Positions 9,496 through 17,804 of a stretch of 64,000 nt of DNA are shown here, piece by piece (within the stretch, counting starts at the first letter, position 1; every line of letters begins with the position of its first letter). The stretch comes from Armatimonadota bacterium (lineage in GTDB: Bacteria > Armatimonadota > SYMT01), in contig JBKBRF010000004.1 of assembly GCA_046292385.1 (NCBI GenBank), forward strand, positions 192,001-256,000, written 5' to 3'. A program made the position numbers and the translations under genes. The notes beneath the pieces were generated by a model that saw nothing but the letters and a program-made list of their open reading frames with translations, ran no database searches and was not told the origin of the DNA.

Positions 9496-10145
9496 GGACC
9501 TGGACTTCGCTGGCGTTGAGCCTGGCGGCGGCACTTGGGGCACTCGCCTACGGGCTGGCGATCTACGGCGCGCTGCCGGAGCTGATCCCCACCCACTGGA
9601 ATCTGCAGGGCGAGGTGGATGGCTGGATGCCGAAGTCGCTGGCGGTCTGGCTGAGTCCCGCGCTCGCGATCGGGTTTACGCTGCTGATGCAGGGGCTGCG
9701 AGCGGTTTCGCCGGTGCGGTACCGGGTGGAGCCGTTCCTGCCGACGTTCAACTACGTCGTCCTCCTGGTGGCGGGGCTCTTGGCCTCCCTGCACGTGGTT
9801 TCACTGCAGGCGGCACTGCATCCGGACCTCGAGTCCGGGCGCGTGGTGGTCGGCGGGCTGCTGCTGTTCTTCGGACTGCTCTCCAACGTGCTGGGCAAGG
9901 TGCGGCGCAACTTCTGGGTCGGATTCCGGACGCCGTGGACGCTCGCGAGCGACCGGGTGTGGGTTGCCACCCACCGCCTGGCGGCCCGGCTCGGGGTGGT
10001 GGTGGGGATCGTGGGCGTGCTGATGCTCTGGCTCGGGGCGCCGGTGCCGCTGGCGTTCGTGCTGGTGGTAGCGTGGGTGGTCGTGCCGGTGGTCTACTCG
10101 CTGGTGGTCTACCGGCAGTGGGGCGGCGACGGGCAAGCCGCCTGA
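9492..10145 (+). CDS. SdpI-family membrane protein with DUF1648 N-terminus
   Basis: LPELIPTHWNLQGEVDGW; RNFWVGFRTPWTL...W..THR. Confidence 0.9.
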   Translation: MRTWTSLALSLAAALGALAYGLAIYGALPELIPTHWNLQGEVDGWMPKSLAVWLSPALAIGFTLLMQGLRAVSPVRYRVEPFLPTFNYVVLLVAGLLASLHVVSLQAALHPDLESGRVVVGGLLLFFGLLSNVLGKVRRNFWVGFRTPWTLASDRVWVATHRLAARLGVVVGIVGVLMLWLGAPVPLAFVLVVAWVVVPVVYSLVVYRQWGGDGQAA

Positions 10146-10260
10146 GTGGGGTGGGAGGCAGTGAGGGGATTGCCTCCCGCGGACTGTGCTTTCCCGCGAA
10201 CCGTCCCCGCCTGAGCTTCGTTAGACTTCTGGAAACAAACCTGAGGCGAAGGAGCGTGCG

Positions 10261-12243
10261 ATGCGACTGGCTCGGTACCTGGCTCTCCCGCTGCTGCTGG
10301 CGCTGCCGGCGGCGGCCCAGCAGCAGGACGGCATCCTGCGGCAGGATGAGCGGCTTCAGAAGCGCGTGTCGGTGCGGTGGAAGAAGGCGACGCTGCATGA
10401 AGCGCTGGAGGAGTTGAGCCGTGCCACCGGCGCGCGCCTGACCCCCGCGCGGATGCTGGTGGACGAGCCGGTGATGGCCTCCGCCGCGAACGTGCCCGCG
10501 CACGAGGTGATGGAGCAGCTCGCGAAGCTGACGCACTTTACCTGGGCCCGGTCGGGCACCGACCCGATGAAGCCGACCTATCTCTTCTTCCAGGGCAAGG
10601 CGGCGCAGGACGAAGAGCAGGCGGAGATCGACGGCGCCAAGAGAGCGGTGCTGGAGGCGCTCAACCGCGAGGTGGAGAAGTACCGGCGCATCGCCAGCCT
10701 CTCGCCGGATCAGCTCGAGCAGGAGCTGCGGAAGTCGGACCAGCAGCTTTCCGCGCTCTTCCAGAACGGAGGCATCGCGAGCCTCGGCAGCAACGCCGCC
10801 GCCGGCCGTACGATGATGGACGGGATGGCGGTCCGGAGCGTCGCCTCTCCGCTCGGCCGGACTATGGTCCGCATGCTGGACGATCTTTCCCCCGCGGAGT
10901 GGCAGCAGCTCGAGAGCGGGGAGCCGATCGTCTACAGCACCGCGCCCCGCTCCGGAGAGCGCCACCTGGCGCCGGTCTACCGGGACAGCATTCGGGACGC
11001 GGCCCCGACCTTTCCGTTCCCCAAGGAGCTGTTCAACTCGTTCGGCGGGGGCGTTTCCAACGCCATCAACGAGCTCGAAGGCCGGATGAAGAACGAGTGG
11101 GGGAGGGCGACCGGTTACAAGATCAGCGTCAGCCTGAGCCTGAACATGGGCTCTCAGCCGGTCGGGATGCTGCGCGTAAGTCCTGAGCCGATGGGGGGAG
11201 ACGAGGACGTGGCGCCGATCTTTGCGGTCGCCGGCCTCACCATCGTCGGCGCGCCGCAGCTCCTGGAAGAGCCGGAGGAAGATCCGCAGGAGCGAGAGAA
11301 GCGCCTCGCCGCCGACCCTTTCCTGGGCAAGAAAGCGAAGCTGAAGCTGCCGCCGCTGGAGAAGCGGACCGGCTTTCTGGCGATGCTCGGCAACGCCTAC
11401 CGCGTGGCCGAGATCCTTCCGGCGGTGGAAGAGGCGTTCGGAGTGCCGATTGTCGCGGACGCGTACAACCGCAGCGCGATGGCGGTGATCCCGCCACCGG
11501 GAGACCAGGAACTGCCGCTCTTCAAAGTGCTGGATCAGATGGCGGGCAGCACGCGCCGCTGGGAGCGGGACGGGTCCGTGATCCGGCTGCGGAGCCGCAC
11601 CTGGGCACACGACCGCCGCGGCGAGATCCCGTCGCGCTATATGAAGCGGTGGCTGGAGGTGCGGGAGGCGAAGGACGGCTTCACGCTGGAAGACCTCGCG
11701 GAGATCGCCGCAATGCTCCGGGACGAGCAGGTCGAGTCGCTGATGTTCAGCGCCATGGAGCTCGGCTCGACCGACTTTACCGACTTCGTCATGATCAGCG
11801 CGAACCGGGAGATCCTGCGGTTCTACGGAAAGCTCCTCCCGCTCCAGCGGCAGCGCCTCTACAAGGGGGAGCCGATTCCGGTGCGGACCCTCTTTCCGTT
11901 CCAGCAGGCGCTGCTGGCGCGGGTGAACCGCGGGCAGAACCAGTCGCTCTTCTCGCTGGCGATGGGAGCCCGCGCGAGCCGCTCCCCGCAGGTTCTCGCC
12001 GCCGGCTCCATTAGCCTGGAGCGCGCGGAGCCGGGAGGAGGCGCCGCGCCCGCACAGCCCCGAGCGCGCGTGAGCATCAACGTCGGCGGCGCCGGGGCCA
12101 GCGGCAGCGTCAGCGGAATCGGCACCGTCTACACGCTGCGCATCCTGCTGCCGGACGGCCAGAAGGACGAGTTCCGGATCCCGCTCAGCAAACCCTCGCG
12201 CGTGCCGGCAGAGGCACCGGAACCGGTCGAGCGCAAGGAGTAG
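10261..12243 (+). CDS. Secreted hypothetical protein (paralog of 44391-46028)
   Basis: Sec signal peptide; N-terminal secretin/STN-like segment (ATLHEALEELSRATG); shared C-terminal motif with paralog. Confidence 0.75.
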   Translation: MRLARYLALPLLLALPAAAQQQDGILRQDERLQKRVSVRWKKATLHEALEELSRATGARLTPARMLVDEPVMASAANVPAHEVMEQLAKLTHFTWARSGTDPMKPTYLFFQGKAAQDEEQAEIDGAKRAVLEALNREVEKYRRIASLSPDQLEQELRKSDQQLSALFQNGGIASLGSNAAAGRTMMDGMAVRSVASPLGRTMVRMLDDLSPAEWQQLESGEPIVYSTAPRSGERHLAPVYRDSIRDAAPTFPFPKELFNSFGGGVSNAINELEGRMKNEWGRATGYKISVSLSLNMGSQPVGMLRVSPEPMGGDEDVAPIFAVAGLTIVGAPQLLEEPEEDPQEREKRLAADPFLGKKAKLKLPPLEKRTGFLAMLGNAYRVAEILPAVEEAFGVPIVADAYNRSAMAVIPPPGDQELPLFKVLDQMAGSTRRWERDGSVIRLRSRTWAHDRRGEIPSRYMKRWLEVREAKDGFTLEDLAEIAAMLRDEQVESLMFSAMELGSTDFTDFVMISANREILRFYGKLLPLQRQRLYKGEPIPVRTLFPFQQALLARVNRGQNQSLFSLAMGARASRSPQVLAAGSISLERAEPGGGAAPAQPRARVSINVGGAGASGSVSGIGTVYTLRILLPDGQKDEFRIPLSKPSRVPAEAPEPVERKE

Positions 12244-12259
12244 CCCACCCGGCCCTCGC

Positions 12260-12310
12260 CGCACGTACACTCTCCCGACGCAGTTAGCGCGCCGGGAGAG
12301 TGTACGTGCG
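12260..12310 (+). terminator. Intrinsic terminator-like hairpin (18-bp stem)
   Basis: CGCACGTACACTCTCCCG...CGGGAGAGTGTACGTGCG just after stop, followed by T-rich bases. Confidence 0.65.
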
Positions 12311-12431
12311 TCTTACGTTATTGGAAGTTAAAGAAGGGGGATTTGCGTCGACGTCGAATGATCGTCACAAGCACGGCGCGCAGGGAGCAATGCTGCTTCC
12401 GTCAACGTCCGTGTAGAGGAGATTCTCGACG

Positions 12432-13244
12432 ATGAGGCGCAGAGGCTTCACACTCATCGAGCTGCTCGTGGTAATCGCGATCATAGCAATCCTAGCGGCG
12501 ATTCTCTTCCCGGTCTTCGCCCAGGCTCGCGAGAAGGCGCGGCAGGCTTCCTGCCTGAGCAACCTGAAGCAGATCGGCGCAGGGCTGATGATGTACAGCC
12601 AGGACTATGACGAGGAGTATCCGATGGGCACCTACGGGAGCCCGCGGAACTGGGAAGTCAATCCGGACGTGGAAGGCAACCAGGGCTGGAACGACTGCAC
12701 CGGCTTATGGGCCGGCGTGAATCCCGGCGATGGCGGCGCGCCCCTGACCGGATGCGCCTACGGTGCGGACTTCTACCGCACCGTGGCCACGATCCAGATC
12801 GGCCCCTACACCAAGAACATGCAGATCTGGTACTGCCCGTCCGACCCGTATCGCCGCCCGAACCAGAACAACATCCGGCGCGGCCTGCAGTCGTACTTCT
12901 GGTTCCCGAACTGGGTGTTCAACACCTGGTGCCCGGGCAGCACCGCGGGCGCCAGCGGTCCGTATCCGTGCGTCCGGTATCCGGAGGGCTATCGGTCTCT
13001 GCACGACGATCCGCCGAGCGCCAGGACGGATCGGCCCGCCGAGCGGATCATCTTCTCGGAACGCGGGATGTTCGGGTGGTCGGGTCCGGATGCCCATGGC
13101 GGTCGGGCCCCGAACAACGACACCAACCACCAGATGGGCTACAACGCCCTCTACATGGACGGCCACGCCAAGCTGATCCCCTTCCGCAAGAAGTGGACCA
13201 CCGTCCCCGCCACCGGCTGGCCGCCGGAAGACGCGCCGCGCTAG
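12432..13244 (+). CDS. Prepilin-type N-methylation / DUF1559 protein with H-X9-DG motif
   Basis: [46 protein letters not shown]. Confidence 0.93.
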   Translation: MRRRGFTLIELLVVIAIIAILAAILFPVFAQAREKARQASCLSNLKQIGAGLMMYSQDYDEEYPMGTYGSPRNWEVNPDVEGNQGWNDCTGLWAGVNPGDGGAPLTGCAYGADFYRTVATIQIGPYTKNMQIWYCPSDPYRRPNQNNIRRGLQSYFWFPNWVFNTWCPGSTAGASGPYPCVRYPEGYRSLHDDPPSARTDRPAERIIFSERGMFGWSGPDAHGGRAPNNDTNHQMGYNALYMDGHAKLIPFRKKWTTVPATGWPPEDAPR

Positions 13245-13269
13245 GATTACGGCGTATCTGAAGCGTCAG

Positions 13270-13308
13270 CGCAGCGGCCGCCTTTCTCTCTGAGAGGCGG
13301 CCGCTGCG
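13270..13308 (+). terminator. Terminator-like hairpin
   Basis: CGCAGCGGCCGCCT...AGGCGGCCGCTGCG downstream of stop. Confidence 0.6.
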
Positions 13309-13923
13309 TGCTACTGGTCTGTCCAGTTGCCTCTCAGACGTGGGAGTCGGAGTAAGGGAGAGTGCGGGAGTGGGAGAGCCGCTCCCTCGCGGCTGTGATC
13401 AGGTTCCCGGTGAGCAGGTTCCAGGTTCCGAACCCCACCCATCGGGGAGCTCAACCCAACCTGCCACAGCGCGGCTGATGCCGCAACCAAGCTCATGGCG
13501 GCGGGAGAATGCTCGGTTAGTCGAGATCAGCATCGCGGCGAGGGTCCACCCCGCGCCCTCCCCACCCGGAGCGGCCCTCCCGCGTGGGTGGCCCTCCGCG
13601 GCCCTTTCACGCTCCGGCTTCGCCTCCGCTAGCGGGCGCTGCGGGCGTGCTGCCCCAAGCGCTGCGTTCCGCGTCCGAAAGGGGCGTCTACAGCGAGACG
13701 GCGGTTCACGGACCGCTCCGGGCGGCTCAAGCGACCACCCCTCGCAGGGGTGGTCACAAGTGAAACCCTCCAGCTCTGCCTCCGGCAGCGCTTCCGGGCT
13801 CCTTAAGAGCACTCTCCGGCGAGAAACTGCACATCCCGGCAAAATCCTCACGGTGAGTTGTACGTCTCCGCCCCCCTTGCGAAAGCCACCTACTAATTCG
13901 GGGCTGACGGAGTACTACTGAGG

Positions 13924-14967
13924 ATGGAAGAGATGCTGCGGATAGGGATCATCGGGGCGGGCGGCATCGTGCGGACGCGGCACCTGCCGGGGCTGCGGGC
14001 GCTGCCGGAGGTGGCGGTCACCGCGGTCTGCAACCGCAGCCGCGAGAGCGGCGAGGCGGTGGCGCGGGAGTGGGGAATTCCCGAAGTGCTGACCGATTGG
14101 CGCGAGCTGGTGCGCCGCGGCGACCTCGACGCGGTGCTGATCGGCACCTGGCCGTACACCCATGCCGAAATGAGCATCGCCGCGCTGGAGGCGGGAAAGC
14201 ACGTCTTCTGCCAGGCGCGGATGGCCCGCACCGCCGCGGAAGCACGCGCGATGTTGGCGGCGGCCGACGCTCATCCTGCGCAGGTGGCGATGCTCTGCCC
14301 CCCGCCGCACGGGATGCGGGGCGATCGGCTGATGTGCCGTCTCCTCCGCGAGGGCTACCTCGGCGACCTGCGGGAGGTGCACGCGGAAGGTCTTTCGGAC
14401 GCGAACCTCGACCCGGAGGCGCCGCTCCACTGGCGCCAGGACTTCGAGCTCCAGGGGTACAACACCCTCACCCTCGGCATGTGGCTGGAGGTGATCCACC
14501 GGTGGGTCGGCCGGCACCGGCGGGTCTCGGCCATCGTCAAGACGCACGCGCCGGACCGGCGGGATCCGGCAACCAGCGAGCTCAAGCCGGTGCGGATTGC
14601 CGAGTCGCTGGCGATCTCCGCCGAGCTGGCGAACGGCGCCGTCGGCTCGTACCGGTTCAGCGGCGTCACGCTTCACCCGCCGGCGAACGCCATCCGGCTC
14701 TACGGCTCCGAGGGGACGATCCAGTACGACCTCACGACGGACGAGATCACCGGCGCCCGTCGGGGCGACGCGGCGCTCTCGCCGATCCCGGTACCGGCGA
14801 GCGAGGCCTGCGAGTGGACCGTGGAAGCGGACTTCGTCCGCGCCATCCGGGAAGGCGGCCCGGCCGAGCCCTCCTTCGCGGATGGCGTGCTCTACATGGA
14901 ATTCACCGAGGCGGTCTACCGCTCCGCGGAGAGCGGCCGGACGGTCGAGCTGCCGCTGCCTGAATAG
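13924..14967 (+). CDS. Gfo/Idh/MocA-family oxidoreductase
   Basis: IGIIGAGGI Rossmann motif; AGKHVFCQARMA. Confidence 0.9.
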   Translation: MEEMLRIGIIGAGGIVRTRHLPGLRALPEVAVTAVCNRSRESGEAVAREWGIPEVLTDWRELVRRGDLDAVLIGTWPYTHAEMSIAALEAGKHVFCQARMARTAAEARAMLAAADAHPAQVAMLCPPPHGMRGDRLMCRLLREGYLGDLREVHAEGLSDANLDPEAPLHWRQDFELQGYNTLTLGMWLEVIHRWVGRHRRVSAIVKTHAPDRRDPATSELKPVRIAESLAISAELANGAVGSYRFSGVTLHPPANAIRLYGSEGTIQYDLTTDEITGARRGDAALSPIPVPASEACEWTVEADFVRAIREGGPAEPSFADGVLYMEFTEAVYRSAESGRTVELPLPE

Positions 14968-15030
14968 CTCCGGAGCTCTCAGCCGCGGCCGTGAGCCCCA
15001 GCCTGCGCCGGGTACTCTGTCCCGTCTCCG

Positions 15031-16491
15031 TCAGGCCAGGATCTGCGTGATCGGCTTGCCGATATCCATCTCCAGCCGCTTGCGGCCGGGGATCTCCATC
15101 GCGTGGGGGTCGAGGCCGAGCAGGTGGAGGACGGTGGCGTGGATGTCGGTCACGTAGTGGCGGTCCTGCACGGCGTGGAAGCCGAGCTCGTCCGTGGCGC
15201 CGTGGGTGACGCCGCCTTTTACGCCGGCGCCCGCCAGCCAGGCGCAGAAGCCCTGCGGGTGATGGTCGCGCCCCGTGCCTTCGGCGCCGGGGGAGCGCCC
15301 GAACTCAGTGCCCCAGACCACCAGCGTGTCGTCGAGCATCCCGCGCCGCTTCAGGTCTTTCAGCAGGCCGGAGATCGGCTTGTCCACCTGCTCCGCCAGG
15401 CGGGTGTGGTTGTTCTTGATCTCGGAATGCGCGTCCCACTCTCCGCCGCCCCCGCCGCCGTGGAAGAGCTGCACGTAGCGCACCCCGCGCTCCACCAGGC
15501 GCCGCGCCACCAGGCACTGCTCGCCGAAGGCGCGGGTCGACGGCTGGTCCAGCCCGTAGAGCTGCTTCGTCTCTTCGCTCTCCTGATCCAGCCGCACCGT
15601 TTCCGGCACTGCCTTTTGCATCAGGAACGCCAGCTCATACGCCTTGATCCGCGCGCGGAGGTTGGCGTCGTCCGGGTAGTCGATGCCGGCGAGCCGGTTG
15701 AGCCGGCCCAGCAGGCTGAACTCGGCCGCCTGTTCCTCGTCCAGGACTTCCGGACTGGCCGGCGAGATGAACGGAAGCGGGTTCTTCGGGTCGGTGGCCA
15801 GCCGCACCCCGGAGTATTCCGGGCCCAGGTAGCCCCCGCCGAAGGTCCAGGTCCCACCGCAGCAGTCGCCGGTCGGGGTGCCGAGCACCACGTACTCCGG
15901 CAGGTTCTCGTTGAGGCTGCCGAGCCCGTAGCTGATCCACGCGCCGATCGTCGGAATCCCGCCCTCGCGGGGATGGCGGCCGGTGTGCCAGGTGAGCTGG
16001 GCGCCGTGGTCGTTGTGAATCGTCCAGAGGGAGCGGACCACCGCCAGGTCGTCGGCGCACTCGCCGGTGTGCCGGAACCAGTCTCCCACCGGCAGGCCGC
16101 ACTCGCCGTACTGTCGGTAGCCGGTCTGCAGCGGCATGATCGTCTTGCGGTTCCCGTGGGCCGGGTTGCCGCCGACGATGTTCGCCTCCACCTTCTTCGG
16201 GTCGAGCACCCCGCGGTATGGCGTCTCCTCGATCGACTTCCCCGCGTACTTGTTCAGCTCCGGCTTTACGTCGAAGCTCTCCACGTGACTGACGCCGCCG
16301 CAGAGGAAGATCCAGATGACCGACTTCGCCTTCGGCGCGCGCGCCGGCTTACCGGCCGGGGCCGCCTGCGCCACGCCGTCCCGGAAGAGCATCGCTCCCA
16401 GCGCCAGGCCGGTAAAGCCCATGCCGGTATCGGCCAGGAACGAGCGGCGGGTCATGCCGCAGCCGGGGACTCTCGCGCGTCGCGGTTTCAT
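15031..16491 (-). CDS. DUF1501 domain protein with Tat-like signal
   Basis: TRRSFL; AKSVIWIFLCGGVSHVESFD; ARRLVERGVRYVQL; EFGRSP...GRDHH. Confidence 0.9.
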   Translation of the reverse strand: MKPRRARVPGCGMTRRSFLADTGMGFTGLALGAMLFRDGVAQAAPAGKPARAPKAKSVIWIFLCGGVSHVESFDVKPELNKYAGKSIEETPYRGVLDPKKVEANIVGGNPAHGNRKTIMPLQTGYRQYGECGLPVGDWFRHTGECADDLAVVRSLWTIHNDHGAQLTWHTGRHPREGGIPTIGAWISYGLGSLNENLPEYVVLGTPTGDCCGGTWTFGGGYLGPEYSGVRLATDPKNPLPFISPASPEVLDEEQAAEFSLLGRLNRLAGIDYPDDANLRARIKAYELAFLMQKAVPETVRLDQESEETKQLYGLDQPSTRAFGEQCLVARRLVERGVRYVQLFHGGGGGGEWDAHSEIKNNHTRLAEQVDKPISGLLKDLKRRGMLDDTLVVWGTEFGRSPGAEGTGRDHHPQGFCAWLAGAGVKGGVTHGATDELGFHAVQDRHYVTDIHATVLHLLGLDPHAMEIPGRKRLEMDIGKPITQILA

Positions 16492-16757
16492 CGCTGCCTC
16501 ACGTGACGATTCCAGTATCATCCCTGAGAGACAAGCCGGAGCCTGGAAAGTATCAGGAATCGTGCGCGGCCGCGTTACGCACGGGCCCAAAAGCACCCGA
16601 ATTGCCCGATGGTCGGCCGCCAATCGAGCGGTAGACGTTTTAAGCCTCGCCCTTCCTGGGAACGTTAGCCCGGGGCGTTAAGTGTAACCCGAACCCCTCC
16701 TTACGCAGCGCCCGCACGCGGGCCTGCTTGTATGAAGAATCCTGGAGGAACCACCAG

Positions 16758-17438
16758 ATGCGTTTGATGGCCATTGGCGCGGCTTTGCTGGGTCTGCTTG
16801 CCGCCGCCCCTGCCTCGGCTCAGGACGTGGAGCCGATCTCTACGGAGAACCGTGTCCGCCTGCCTAACTTCCTGGGCACTACTGGGTTGCTGTACACGCC
16901 CAGCGCTTACACCATCGGCGACCGCACCGGCGCCGCCCACATCCATGGCAACTCCGACTTCGTCGGCGGCGGCGTGCTGGCGGGCTTCAGCGACCGGTTC
17001 GAGCTCGGCGTCACCGTCCTCGACCTGGACGACGATATCGGCAGCGGAGACACCGAGTTCTTGCTGAACGGAAAGTTCCTGCTCCTGGAGGAGCGGGACA
17101 ACGTGCCGGCGATCTCGTTCGGTGTGATCGACGCCCTGAGCGAGCTGAACGGCGACGTGAGCTGGTACGTGGTGGCGAGCAAGTACTTCACCCGTGCCGA
17201 TACGGAGGAGGACTTTGCGCTGGTCGGCCACCTCGGCTACGGCGACGGAATCTTCGACGACAGCATCTTCGCGGGGGCGGAGCTGATCTTCAACCGGAAC
17301 TTCAGCGCGATGGCGGAGTTCCAGAACGACGACTTCAACGTCGGTGTCCGCGGCCGCTGGCGGGAGTTCGCCGCCACGGTCGGCCTGTTCGACCTGAAGC
17401 ACTTCGGTGCCGGCGTGAGCTACAACGCCCGCTTCTAA
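16758..17438 (+). CDS. YjbH-like outer-membrane beta-barrel protein
   Basis: Signal peptide, GTTGLLYTPSA motif, alternating strands, terminal Phe. Confidence 0.7.
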   Translation: MRLMAIGAALLGLLAAAPASAQDVEPISTENRVRLPNFLGTTGLLYTPSAYTIGDRTGAAHIHGNSDFVGGGVLAGFSDRFELGVTVLDLDDDIGSGDTEFLLNGKFLLLEERDNVPAISFGVIDALSELNGDVSWYVVASKYFTRADTEEDFALVGHLGYGDGIFDDSIFAGAELIFNRNFSAMAEFQNDDFNVGVRGRWREFAATVGLFDLKHFGAGVSYNARF

Positions 17439-17467
17439 CGGCGTAAGCTCTACCGCGAGTAAGACCC

Positions 17468-17502
17468 AGGGGCGAGTGCCGTTTCGAACGGCACTCGCCC
17501 CT
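17468..17502 (+). terminator. Terminator-like hairpin (16-bp stem)
   Basis: AGGGGCGAGTGCCGTT-TCG-AACGGCACTCGCCCCT. Confidence 0.7.
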
Positions 17503-17804
17503 CTCGTTGTACGCCATCCCGTTCCGTGTGGTGCGAGGTCACAACCGAATACCGGCGCGACCACCCCGCTGTGCAGGCCGGAAGCGCGCGGACGCACGGC
17601 GGGCCGAAGAAGGCGCTCGTCGCGATCGGCCGTGTCGGCGCAGGGCCTCTCGGGAACAGGAGAGTTGACCTTCTCAGTGCGGCGAAACGAAAAGGACTTT
17701 CCCGGCTCGCGCCAAATTGACTGGCAAGCGAGAGTGCGGGTCTTCTGTGTCGTTTAGTCATCCACAGTTGCACCATCCAATCCTCGCCATCGGGAGGAAC
17801 CGCC

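Noticed and set aside
9748..12270. 840-aa minus-strand ORF and other long antisense ORFs (7301-9022, 20195-21970, 28639-30480, 42613-44394, 53386-55287)
   Set aside because: Shadow ORFs of high-GC genes with recognisable products on the opposite strand
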